From assembly GCA_964499725.1 (NCBI GenBank), contig CAZCMU010000001.1, positions 1-38,635 of the forward strand: DNA of 38,635 nucleotides. Reading direction: 5' to 3'. The translations under genes were made by a program, and so were the position numbers. This document shows, piece after piece, positions 9,360 to 17,656 of this stretch (positions are counted from its first letter, which is position 1; every line of letters begins with the position of its first letter). The DNA comes from an uncultured Opitutales bacterium. Lineage in GTDB: Bacteria; Verrucomicrobiota; Verrucomicrobiia; Opitutales; JABDGR01. The notes beneath the pieces are model-generated. The model worked only from the letters and a program-made list of their open reading frames with translations, made no database searches and was not told the origin of the DNA.

Positions 9360-11771
9360 ATGTCCTTCGTCTGGCCCTATGCCTTGATTGCCCTGCCGCT
9401 GGCCCTCGCCGGCGTGCTGCTGCTGTTCAAAACCAGCCAGCGCGCGCGGCAGCGGCTGCTGGGGAATTTTGCGGCGCAACGGTTGCTGCCGCTATTGCTG
9501 GCCTCCCATAGCCCCGTGCTGCGGCGGCTCAAACAAGGCCTTTTGGCCGGAGGAGTGTTGCTGACGGTGCTGGCCCTGGCGCGCCCCCAATGGGGTTATG
9601 ACTGGGAAGAAAAGCAATCGCGGGGCGTGGATGTCATCTTTGTCCTCGATACGTCGAAAAGCATGCTGGCGCAGGACGTGCAGCCCAGCCGCCTCGAGCG
9701 GGCCAAGCTGGCCATTCTGGACAGCGTTGAAAAAATGGGTGGCAACCGCATCGGTCTGGTGGCCTTTGCCGGGGACGCCTTCCTCCTCTGCCCGCTGACC
9801 CTGGACTATGACGCCTTCCGCCAAACGCTCGAAGCGGTGGACGTGAACACCATCGCCCGCGGCGGCACGGACATTGGCAGCGGCCTGGATGAAGCGGCAA
9901 CCGCCCTGGAAAAATCAGGCAACCACAAAATCATCGTGTTACTGACGGACGGCGAGGACCTCGAAGGCGAAGGCGTGAACGAAGCAAAAGCGCTGGCGGA
10001 ACAAAATGTGACGATTTACACCGTCGGCGTCGGGACGCCCCAGGGAGAAATCATCCCCATTCGCGACGCCAATGGGGGTACCGACTTTGTGCGCGACCAA
10101 CGCGGGGAAATTGTCAAATCGCATCTCGACGCCGCCACCCTGACAGGCATCGCCGAAGCCACGCACGGCTTTTACCAGCCACTGGGCGCAACGGGCGAAG
10201 GCTTGACCAGGGTGTATGAGGAAGGCATCAAAAAAATCCCGGAGCAAAGTTTGTCCGCGCAAATGCAACGCCAGCCGATTGAGCGTTACCAGTGGCCGCT
10301 GGGGGTGGGCGCACTGCTGCTGGCCATCGAAATGCTCATCGGCACGCGGCGGCCATCCTGGCGACGGAGCAATCTGGCCACGGTGAATCTGGCGGAGCCG
10401 CTGCCGGTTTCGAGCGCCCGGCGAAGTTCCATCAAGCCGACCCCGGAGCGCAAGCCGCCCGTGATTGCGGCGGCGCTCTTATTGACCTTGTTTTTGGGTG
10501 GATACGGGCGCAGCGAGGCGGCGGACAGCCCGGCCGCAACACAAGCGGCGGATGCCAGCCAGCCAACGCAATCGGTACAATCCGCCGAACCAGCCCCGCC
10601 GGCGCAAACCGGTGCGGCGGCGCCGACACCGTCCCAGCAGTATTCCATTAAAGAGGCGCAAAGCCTGTTCCAAAAAGGCGATTATTTGGGCGCCGCGGAA
10701 GCGTATGGGCAAGCGGCGGATGCCACGCAGGATGGGCGGTTTCGCTACGACCAGGGCGAGAGCCTGTACCGCGGGGGAAATTTCGACGCGGCGGCAGACG
10801 CATTTTCAAAAACCCTTTCCAGCAATGATCTCCAGTTGCAGCAGCGCGCTTATTACAATCTCGGCAACACGAATTTCCGGCTGGGCCAGGCCGATATCAA
10901 AGACGACCCGAAAAAAGCCCAAGCCTCCTGGGAAGACGCCGTCAAAGACTACCAAAACGCGCTGGAACTGAATTCCAACGACGCCGATGCGCGGTACAAC
11001 CTTGGGGTGGTCAAGCAGCAGATTGAAGAGCTCAAGAAGCAGATGGAGCAACAAAAACAGCAGCAGGACAAACCGGACCAGCAGCAGAATCAGACTCAGC
11101 AGAACCAATCCCAGCAAAACCAGCAACAAAACCAATCCCAGCAAAATCAGTCCGGGCAGCAGAACGATTCGCAGCAGAATCAACCGCAAAACAGCCAAAG
11201 CCAGTCGCAGAATCAGTCCGGCCAGCAAAAGCAATCTTCGTCGGATAACAACCAGAACCCGCCGAATGCTTCCGGATCGCAAAACCAGTCGCAGAACGGG
11301 CAAAAGCAATCCGGCCAGAAAAACTCACCGTCGCCGGCGAATAAACCGAATCAGCAGAATTCCGCTGGACCGCAAAACCAGCCTCAGCAAGGCCAGCGTG
11401 GCCAGCAGAATAAGCCCGGTGACCAGAACCAGCCGGGAAACCAGCCTGATCAATCGGGGCAAAAACCGGGCGACCAAAACAAAAATGGGCCACAACCGCA
11501 ACCGGCCAGCCAAGCCGGCAAGGAACCCGGCCAGCAAAATGCCGGTCAAACCAAAGCAGCCGCAGTCGGGGGCACCAGCGGAGCCGCTGCGGGTTCGCCG
11601 AAGGACGGAGACCAGACCGTGAATGGCACGGTCGCCGCCGGGGGCATGACGAGGGAAGAAGCTCGCCAATTGCTTGATTCCCTCAAAAGTAACGAACACA
11701 AATTACCCGCCAGCAATTTACAAAATTCGAACGGAAAACCATCCACCGACCAGTACCAAAAAGATTGGTGA
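9360..11771 (+). CDS. batB: BatB-BatC fusion: VWA-domain membrane protein, then TPR repeats, a long Q/N-rich low-complexity tract and a conserved C-terminal tail
   Basis: The N-terminal TMs are followed by a VWA domain with MIDAS VIFVLDTSKSM and LLTDGEDLEG, then a TM after the VWA. Next come TPR-like repeats (FQKGDYLGAAEAYGQA..., YYNLGNTNFRLGQ..., DYQNALELNSNDADARYNLGVV). A roughly 170-aa Q/N/S/G/P tract follows, and the protein ends ...REEARQLLDSLKSNEHKL...KDW, a BatC-type ending as I recall it. Confidence 0.8.
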   Translation: MSFVWPYALIALPLALAGVLLLFKTSQRARQRLLGNFAAQRLLPLLLASHSPVLRRLKQGLLAGGVLLTVLALARPQWGYDWEEKQSRGVDVIFVLDTSKSMLAQDVQPSRLERAKLAILDSVEKMGGNRIGLVAFAGDAFLLCPLTLDYDAFRQTLEAVDVNTIARGGTDIGSGLDEAATALEKSGNHKIIVLLTDGEDLEGEGVNEAKALAEQNVTIYTVGVGTPQGEIIPIRDANGGTDFVRDQRGEIVKSHLDAATLTGIAEATHGFYQPLGATGEGLTRVYEEGIKKIPEQSLSAQMQRQPIERYQWPLGVGALLLAIEMLIGTRRPSWRRSNLATVNLAEPLPVSSARRSSIKPTPERKPPVIAAALLLTLFLGGYGRSEAADSPAATQAADASQPTQSVQSAEPAPPAQTGAAAPTPSQQYSIKEAQSLFQKGDYLGAAEAYGQAADATQDGRFRYDQGESLYRGGNFDAAADAFSKTLSSNDLQLQQRAYYNLGNTNFRLGQADIKDDPKKAQASWEDAVKDYQNALELNSNDADARYNLGVVKQQIEELKKQMEQQKQQQDKPDQQQNQTQQNQSQQNQQQNQSQQNQSGQQNDSQQNQPQNSQSQSQNQSGQQKQSSSDNNQNPPNASGSQNQSQNGQKQSGQKNSPSPANKPNQQNSAGPQNQPQQGQRGQQNKPGDQNQPGNQPDQSGQKPGDQNKNGPQPQPASQAGKEPGQQNAGQTKAAAVGGTSGAAAGSPKDGDQTVNGTVAAGGMTREEARQLLDSLKSNEHKLPASNLQNSNGKPSTDQYQKDW
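11045..11550 (+). repeat. Imperfect CAG/CAA/AAC/AAT-rich low-complexity coding repeat (encodes the Q/N-rich tract of BatB/C)
   Basis: Units such as cagcagaatcag, cagcagaaccaatcccagcaaaaccag, caaaaccaatcccagcaaaatcag, tcgcagcagaatcaa and tcgcagaatcagtccggccagcaa recur directly in the sequence. All three forward and reverse frames stay open across it, which produces spurious track ORFs 10806-11309(-), 10987-11622(+) and 11032-11493(-). Confidence 0.85.
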
Positions 11772-13558
11772 AAACCCTGACCACAGATTTTCGGGCAGCC
11801 CATCTCGTCAGCCACCTGCAGTGGCTGGTGGTGGCATTGTGTTTAGGTGCGGCCATTGCCAGTGGCCAGGATTTGTCAGCGACAGCCACCTTCAACCCGA
11901 CGGAGATTGGAGCCGGACAGGTGGGCGGATATTCCGTGCAAGTATCTGGCGCAAAGTCGCTGCCTAATATCAATCCGCCAGCGGTGCAGGGGCTGGTGAT
12001 TCAACGGGCTGGACAAAGCACCCAGATGAGCATCATCAATGGCGACATGTCGGTGAAAGTGACCCAGGAATTTCGTGTCCGTGCCGACAAGCCGGGTGAA
12101 TACACCATCCCGGCCTACACTTTGGCTGTAAATGGAAACACCCTCACCATTCCCGCCGCCACTTTAACGGTGAGTGAGCATCCCGCCACGCCGGATCCCA
12201 TCACCCTCACCCTGAACGCGCCGCGCAAGGACATCTATGTGGGCGAGCGGGCGCCGCTCGACGTCAGCATCATGTGGCGCCAGGATTTGCATCCGCAGAA
12301 TGTCGGCGAAGTGACGCAAGACAACGACAGCTTTGAGAACGTGAAGCTGGCCGGCAACGGAGACTCCTCCGCCCCCATCGTTGGCGGTCAACAATTTCAA
12401 GCCGACACCTGGCACGTTTATGTGACGCCGTTGAAGGCCGGCGCCCAATCCCTGCGCCTGACGGTGCCTTTAGTGATCATGGTGCAAAGGCAAAATGACC
12501 CCTTGAGCACTGGAATCTTTGGACAGAATCCATTCAGTTTCTCGCAGCAAGAGCAGGTCAATATTGAATCCGAGGCACTGGATTTGAATGTGCTGCCGCT
12601 GCCGGACGAAGGCCGTCCGGCGAATTTCACCGGCGGCATTGGGACGTTCTCCGTGGATGAGCCCAGCCTGTCGGCGACGGACCTGCAAGTGGGGGTGCCG
12701 GTGACGCTGAAACTCTCCGTCAGCGGCCAGGGTAATTTCGGGCGACTGGAGGCCCCGGTGCTCACGCTGGGTTCCAACTGGCGTTCGTACACGCCAAAAG
12801 ATTCCTTCCAGGCCCAGGATGCCCTGGGGTACCACGGCATCAAGACGTTTGAATATGTGTTGATGCCACTTTCGGACAACATCACCGAACTGCCCGCGCC
12901 GGAGTTCAATTTCTTTAATCCGGAAACCAAGGCGTATGTCGAACTGCCGCTGAAACCCATTGCGGTGAAAGTCCAGCCCGCCGCGCCGGGCCAGACCGTG
13001 CCTTTGCCGGCGTTGGCAAGCGCGCCCGTCAGCCCGGCGAAACCGCAATTGGTCGGCCTGCATATTGAACCGGGTTCCTGGCAAAACCCGCAACCGCGTA
13101 TTTTCCTGAAATCGCCGATCTTTTGGACGGTGCAATTGATTCCCGCCGCGGTTCTGGCCGCGCTGGTCATTACCCGCCGCCGCCAACTGCGCCTGGAAAA
13201 CGACCCCGTTTTTGCCCGGCGGCTCCAGGCATTTCAGCAGGCAACGGCTGATGTCGCCCAGGCCCGCGCCGCCGCGGCCAAGGGACAAGTGGAGGAATTT
13301 TACACAATTGCCCAGCGCGCCCTGCAGGAAGCCGCCACCCATGACCGCCTGAATGCCGCCGCCGCACTGACCTGGCAGGAGTTCGACGCGCACCTCGCCG
13401 CCAAAGGCGCCAACGCGGAATTACGGCAACAAGCCCGTGAAATTTTTGACGCGGGCGACGCCCTGCGCTTCGGCGGATATGCTCCGAATCAAGCCGACCT
13501 GCCGCAAGCCGCGGAACGGCTGCACAGCCTCGTGCAAAAACTTTTGGGACGCGCATGA
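11765..13558 (+). CDS. batD: BatD-family (oxygen-tolerance) protein
   Basis: This roughly 595-aa protein has an N-terminal signal/anchor, a long beta-rich periplasmic region (FRVRADKPGEYTIPAYTL, TGGIGTFSV), one late TM (IFWTVQLIPAAVLAALVI) and a helical C-terminus. That matches BatD architecture and operon position. The start is TTG 11765 or GTG 11768, and the latter overlaps the batB/C stop (GTGA). Confidence 0.75.
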   Translation: MVKTLTTDFRAAHLVSHLQWLVVALCLGAAIASGQDLSATATFNPTEIGAGQVGGYSVQVSGAKSLPNINPPAVQGLVIQRAGQSTQMSIINGDMSVKVTQEFRVRADKPGEYTIPAYTLAVNGNTLTIPAATLTVSEHPATPDPITLTLNAPRKDIYVGERAPLDVSIMWRQDLHPQNVGEVTQDNDSFENVKLAGNGDSSAPIVGGQQFQADTWHVYVTPLKAGAQSLRLTVPLVIMVQRQNDPLSTGIFGQNPFSFSQQEQVNIESEALDLNVLPLPDEGRPANFTGGIGTFSVDEPSLSATDLQVGVPVTLKLSVSGQGNFGRLEAPVLTLGSNWRSYTPKDSFQAQDALGYHGIKTFEYVLMPLSDNITELPAPEFNFFNPETKAYVELPLKPIAVKVQPAAPGQTVPLPALASAPVSPAKPQLVGLHIEPGSWQNPQPRIFLKSPIFWTVQLIPAAVLAALVITRRRQLRLENDPVFARRLQAFQQATADVAQARAAAAKGQVEEFYTIAQRALQEAATHDRLNAAAALTWQEFDAHLAAKGANAELRQQAREIFDAGDALRFGGYAPNQADLPQAAERLHSLVQKLLGRA

Positions 13559-14439
13559 AAAAGATTTCCGCCATTTCTGTGCTTTTCTTTTTAACCGCGT
13601 TGGCGAATGTCAGCGCACAAATGGCCGCGCCCGCGACCACGGATGCGAATGCCCCGGTGCTCACCCTGCCGGCGGGGTTGGTCGCACCCGCAAACGCGAC
13701 GAGCGCAGATACGGCTTCCCCCGAAGCAACCGCCAGCGTGCCGACGCCCATCGCTCCCATCGCCGTGCCTGCCGACGCGGCGGGGGCATTTAACGCCGGG
13801 CTGGCTTCATACACGGCGGGCAATTATGCCAAAGCCCGTGGACATTTTCTTACCGCGGAGCGTCAGGCCGTCACACCAGCCCTTGAATTTAATTTTGGCA
13901 ACGCCTGTTATAGCGCGGGCGACTATGGCGAGGCCGTTTTGCATTACCTGCGTTCGCTGTCCCTCAATCCGGGCGACCCCGATGCGCGGCAAAATCTGGC
14001 CCTCGCGCGGCAGGCGCTGAACATCAGCGAACCCGAACCAACGCGGCTCGACCACTATGCGGGATTTTTTACCGAAAACACCTGGACGTGGTTGGCGACC
14101 CTGGCAGGCTGGGCGGCGATTTATCTGGCATTTTTGCCGCGGCTGTATCGCTGGGGCGGGCTGACGCCGAAGGTTTTGTGCGCGAGCATGGCGCTGGTGG
14201 CAATGGGCGCGGGCATCGGCGCCTGGGGTGTGCGGCAACACGACCACGACGGGGTGGTGGTGCGTGCGGATACGGCGCTCAAACTATCGCCGACGGCGGA
14301 GAGTGGCTCGCTGGGGCTGGCCCAGGCCGGAGAAATGGCGCAAGTGCTCGACAAACACGGCGACTACTACAAGGTGCAAACCGCCGACGGGCATTTGGGC
14401 TGGGTGGACAACGCGAGCTATGCACCGGTGTGGGAGTGA
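13555..14439 (+). CDS. batE: BatE-like protein (signal peptide, TPR repeats, TM helices, C-terminal SH3b domain)
   Basis: It has TPR-like repeats (YTAGNYAKARGHFLTAE..., NFGNACYSAGDYGEAVLHYLRSLSLNPGDPDARQNLALA) and two TM helices. The SH3b-like end is GEMAQVLDKHGDYYKVQTADGHLGWVDNASY. The start overlaps the batD stop (ATGA). Confidence 0.72.
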   Translation: MKKISAISVLFFLTALANVSAQMAAPATTDANAPVLTLPAGLVAPANATSADTASPEATASVPTPIAPIAVPADAAGAFNAGLASYTAGNYAKARGHFLTAERQAVTPALEFNFGNACYSAGDYGEAVLHYLRSLSLNPGDPDARQNLALARQALNISEPEPTRLDHYAGFFTENTWTWLATLAGWAAIYLAFLPRLYRWGGLTPKVLCASMALVAMGAGIGAWGVRQHDHDGVVVRADTALKLSPTAESGSLGLAQAGEMAQVLDKHGDYYKVQTADGHLGWVDNASYAPVWE

Positions 14440-14471
14440 GTGTTAACGGCCAAAATGATGGTGTTGTCGGC

Positions 14472-14501
14472 TGTTAATGATGTAAGAGTTTTTAGTTAAC
14501 A
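14472..14501 (+). promoter_or_regulatory. Candidate BirA operator (bioO): inverted repeat TGTTAAT-N16-GTTAACA
   Basis: TGTTAAT lies at 14472-14478 and GTTAACA at 14495-14501, 35 nt upstream of the bioA ATG. A further TGTTAAC copy lies at 14441-14447. It resembles the TGT(T/A)AAC-N14-16-GTT(T/A)ACA BirA-site architecture known from other phyla. Confidence 0.35.
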
Positions 14502-14535
14502 AGGGCCGGGGAAGCTGTTCTAATTGGGCTTGGCC

Positions 14536-15972
14536 ATGCCCGCCGCCACGCCCACCCTGCCCGACCGCGCCCAGCTCGACGCCTGGGACCGACGCCATGC
14601 GTGGCATCCATTTACGCAGACCGCCGAGGTCGCGCTATACCCGCCGCTGCACATTCAAAACGGCGAAGGCCCGTGGCTGTTTGACGTGGATGGCCGGCGT
14701 TACTTGGATGGAAATTCCTCGCTCTGGACGAACGTGCATGGCCACCGCGATGCGGACCTTGATGCCGCCCTGCGAGCGCAAATCGAGCAAGTGGCGCACG
14801 CGACCTGGCTGGGGTTGAGCCATCCGCTGGCGGCGACCCTGACGGCCAAACTGGCCCACCTGGCCGGGCCGAAACTGGCCCGGGTGTTTTTCGCCGATAA
14901 TGGTTCATGCGCAGTCGAAGTGGCGCTCAAGCTTTCGCGACAGTATTGGCAACTGACCGGCCACCCGGACAAACGCGAAATAGCCGGCTTCACGGGCGGC
15001 TATCACGGCGACACACTGGGCGCGATGGCAGCAGGCGATGGCGAGGCGTTTCACGGTCGTTTTGCGGATTGGTTCCTGCCTGCTCATCATGTACCTGCGC
15101 CGCGCGGCCGCGATTTGGCGGGAAAAGTATTGGAGGCTGACTCCGCAGCAAGCCTGAGCGCTTTGCGCGCGTTGCTGGGGGCGCGGAGCAAAAACATTGC
15201 CGCGGTAATTTTGGAACCCTCCGTGCAAGGCGCGGCGGGCATGCGGCAACAGCCGTCCGGTTTTGTGGCCGATGTCGCGGCGTTGTGCCGTGAACACGGC
15301 GTGCATTTGATTTTGGACGAAGTATTTGTCGCCTTTGGGCGGCTCGGGAAAATGCTGGTGGGCCAGAGTGAGGGCGTGACGCCGGACTTTTTGTGTGTGG
15401 GCAAGGGCCTGACCGGGGGCTACCTGCCGCTGGCGGCGACGCTGACCTCCGACGAAATTCACGACGCCTTCCGCGGTACCTACGAGCAAGGGCGCACGTT
15501 CTACCACGGGCACACGTTTACGGCGAACCCCCTCGCCTGCGCGGTGGCGCTGGCGAGCATTGAGAAGCTGGAGCCGCTGGTGGCGAACGGCACGCTTGAA
15601 AAGCGGCTGGCCGGTTTTGGGAAAGTTTTTGCGGGGAATTTTGCCGAGCACCCGAACGTGTCCGCGCCGAGACAGCGTGGACTCACTGCCGCGGTGGATT
15701 TGGTGGCCGATGCACAGTGTTTGAAAACTTTTCCGGTGGGCGCGCGCGTGGCGTTGCAAGTTTGCCTCGAAGCGCGGCGGCGTGGATTGATTCTGCGCCC
15801 GCTGGGGGATTCGCTGCTATTCGTGCCGCCGCCGTGTTGCGACGAGCCTGAATTCCGTTTTCTCTGCGAAACCGCCCGCGCTGCGCTGGATGCGGTCGTC
15901 CGCCGCCCCGGCGGGCCACACCGGCGCTTTGTCGATTTTGCCGCTGAATATAATCCCCATCCGATAAATTAA
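14536..15972 (+). CDS. bioA: Adenosylmethionine-8-amino-7-oxononanoate aminotransferase
   Basis: This is a class III aminotransferase with LDGNSSLWTNVHGH, GFTGGYHGDTLGAM, LILDEVFVAFGRLGKM and YHGHTFTANPLACAVA. It is the first gene of the bio cluster. I prefer ATG 14536 to the track's TTG at 14524. Confidence 0.9.
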   Translation: MPAATPTLPDRAQLDAWDRRHAWHPFTQTAEVALYPPLHIQNGEGPWLFDVDGRRYLDGNSSLWTNVHGHRDADLDAALRAQIEQVAHATWLGLSHPLAATLTAKLAHLAGPKLARVFFADNGSCAVEVALKLSRQYWQLTGHPDKREIAGFTGGYHGDTLGAMAAGDGEAFHGRFADWFLPAHHVPAPRGRDLAGKVLEADSAASLSALRALLGARSKNIAAVILEPSVQGAAGMRQQPSGFVADVAALCREHGVHLILDEVFVAFGRLGKMLVGQSEGVTPDFLCVGKGLTGGYLPLAATLTSDEIHDAFRGTYEQGRTFYHGHTFTANPLACAVALASIEKLEPLVANGTLEKRLAGFGKVFAGNFAEHPNVSAPRQRGLTAAVDLVADAQCLKTFPVGARVALQVCLEARRRGLILRPLGDSLLFVPPPCCDEPEFRFLCETARAALDAVVRRPGGPHRRFVDFAAEYNPHPIN

Positions 15973-15978
15973 ACTCCC

Positions 15979-16971
15979 ATGGCCACGCTCACCCAAATCC
16001 GCGAGTGGTATGAACTGCCGCTCACCACGCTCATCTTCCGCGCCCAAGCGGTACACCACCGCCACCAGGACCCGGCAGGCGTGCAGCTGTGCACGCTGCA
16101 AAGCATCAAGACGGGCCGTTGCCCGGAAAATTGCGCCTACTGTCCGCAGTCGGCCCATTATGAGACCGGTCTCGCCGATGCTCCGCTGATGGACGACAAT
16201 GACATTATCGCCAAAGCGAAGCAGGCGCGCGCGGGCGGCGCGTCGCGCTTTTGCATGGGCGCGGCATGGCGCGAAGTGCGCGACGGGCCGCAATTTGATT
16301 CCGTGCTGCGCGCGGTCGAGGGCGTCGCGGCCGAGGGCCTTGAAGTGTGCTGCACGCTCGGGATGCTGACGCAACCGCAGGCCGAGAAGTTGAAGCAAGC
16401 CGGGTGCCGCGTTTACAATCACAATCTCGACACTTCGCGCGAATATTACCCGCAAATCATCAGCACCCGCTGCTATGACGACCGGCTGAAGACGCTGGAG
16501 AACGTGCGGGCCGCGGGACTGGAAGTATGTTGCGGCGGAATTTTGGGCATGGGAGAAGGCGTGGAAGACCGGCTGAAATTGATAGCCGAGGTTTCGTCGC
16601 TCGACCCGCAACCGGAATCCGTGCCGATCAACGCGCTCGTGCCGGTGCCGGGCACGCCGCTGGCGGAGCAAGCGCCGGTGGACCCGTTTGAGTTTGTGCG
16701 CATCATCGCGGTGGCACGGCTGGCGCTGCCGAAGGCGATTGTGCGCCTTTCAGCCGGCCGCACTGAAATGAGCCCGGAGTTGCAGGCGATGTGCTATCTG
16801 GCGGGGGCGAATTCGATTTTCCTCGGAGAAAAATTGCTGACGACGCCCAACCCCGACGCGGGCGAAGATTTGCAACTGTTGCACCGCCTGGGCCTGCACG
16901 CGCTCGACCCCGAAGCCACGCGGCAATTGCAGGCGGCGTTGTCAGCCGGAGAATTGGAAGACGCGCGCTAA
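15979..16971 (+). CDS. bioB: Biotin synthase (radical SAM)
   Basis: It has the CxxxCxxC radical-SAM motif (TGRCPENCAYCPQS), FCMGAAWR, VCCTLGML, YNHNLDTS and CCGGILGMGE. Confidence 0.95.
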   Translation: MATLTQIREWYELPLTTLIFRAQAVHHRHQDPAGVQLCTLQSIKTGRCPENCAYCPQSAHYETGLADAPLMDDNDIIAKAKQARAGGASRFCMGAAWREVRDGPQFDSVLRAVEGVAAEGLEVCCTLGMLTQPQAEKLKQAGCRVYNHNLDTSREYYPQIISTRCYDDRLKTLENVRAAGLEVCCGGILGMGEGVEDRLKLIAEVSSLDPQPESVPINALVPVPGTPLAEQAPVDPFEFVRIIAVARLALPKAIVRLSAGRTEMSPELQAMCYLAGANSIFLGEKLLTTPNPDAGEDLQLLHRLGLHALDPEATRQLQAALSAGELEDAR

Positions 16972-16975
16972 TCTC

Positions 16976-17644
16976 GTGGTGACAATTTTAATATCCGGCG
17001 CGGGCACGGGCGTGGGCAAAACGCGGGTTTGCGCGGCTTTCGCACGCGCGGCGTTCAAACAGCAATGCTCCGTGCAAATAATCAAACCGGTGCAAACGGG
17101 CGTGGCTCCCAAAGAAGCGTCGGACGCCGAGATTGCGGCCAAACTCGCCGGGTTGCCGTCTGCCTGTGCTTACACGTTGCGGCGCTACCGCGCGCCGCTC
17201 GCCCCACTGGCCGCCGCTGCGAAACAGCGCGCAGAGTTGGACATAAGAAAGGTAATTCAGGAAATTCTGGCGCTGCCACCCGTGGATTTGCGCTTGATTG
17301 AAGGCGCGGGCGGCGTGGCGGTGCCCCTTGGGCCCCGGGGCTGGGACTGGGTGGATTTTGCCGAGGAAGTTGGCGCAAAATCGGTGATTTTGGTCGTGGC
17401 GGACGAACTTGGCGCCATCAACCAGGCGCGCCTGGTTTGTCATTACGTCCAGGGTAACAGTCAAAAGAAACTCACTCACCAGGTGTTTTTGAACGCGTTG
17501 CGCACACCGCCGCGGGACGTGGCCGCCAGCACAAGAAAGGCATTAGAAGATGTTGCGACGCCGGTGAGCGGTGAATTGGCGGTGAACTCGATGGAACCAA
17601 AATTCGCCGGCTCCGTGTCCGTCACAAAATTCTTCGGCCTGTAA
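16976..17644 (+). CDS. bioD: Dethiobiotin synthetase
   Basis: The P-loop is SGAGTGVGKT near the N-terminus, and LIEGAGGVAVPL is present. It has a GTG start and is 222 aa long. It lies between bioB and bioF. Confidence 0.85.
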   Translation: MVTILISGAGTGVGKTRVCAAFARAAFKQQCSVQIIKPVQTGVAPKEASDAEIAAKLAGLPSACAYTLRRYRAPLAPLAAAAKQRAELDIRKVIQEILALPPVDLRLIEGAGGVAVPLGPRGWDWVDFAEEVGAKSVILVVADELGAINQARLVCHYVQGNSQKKLTHQVFLNALRTPPRDVAASTRKALEDVATPVSGELAVNSMEPKFAGSVSVTKFFGL

Positions 17645-17656
17645 TTTTAACCCTCC

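Noticed and set aside
10806-11622. Track ORFs 10806-11309(-), 10987-11622(+), 11032-11493(-) and 11325-11699(-). I also considered that the repetitive DNA might be a CRISPR or minisatellite locus.
   Set aside because: They are alternative frames of the CAG/CAA/AAC low-complexity coding repeat inside batB/C. There is no repeat-spacer periodicity. The batB/C frame continues in-frame from the conserved VWA/TPR domains to a conserved C-terminal tail.
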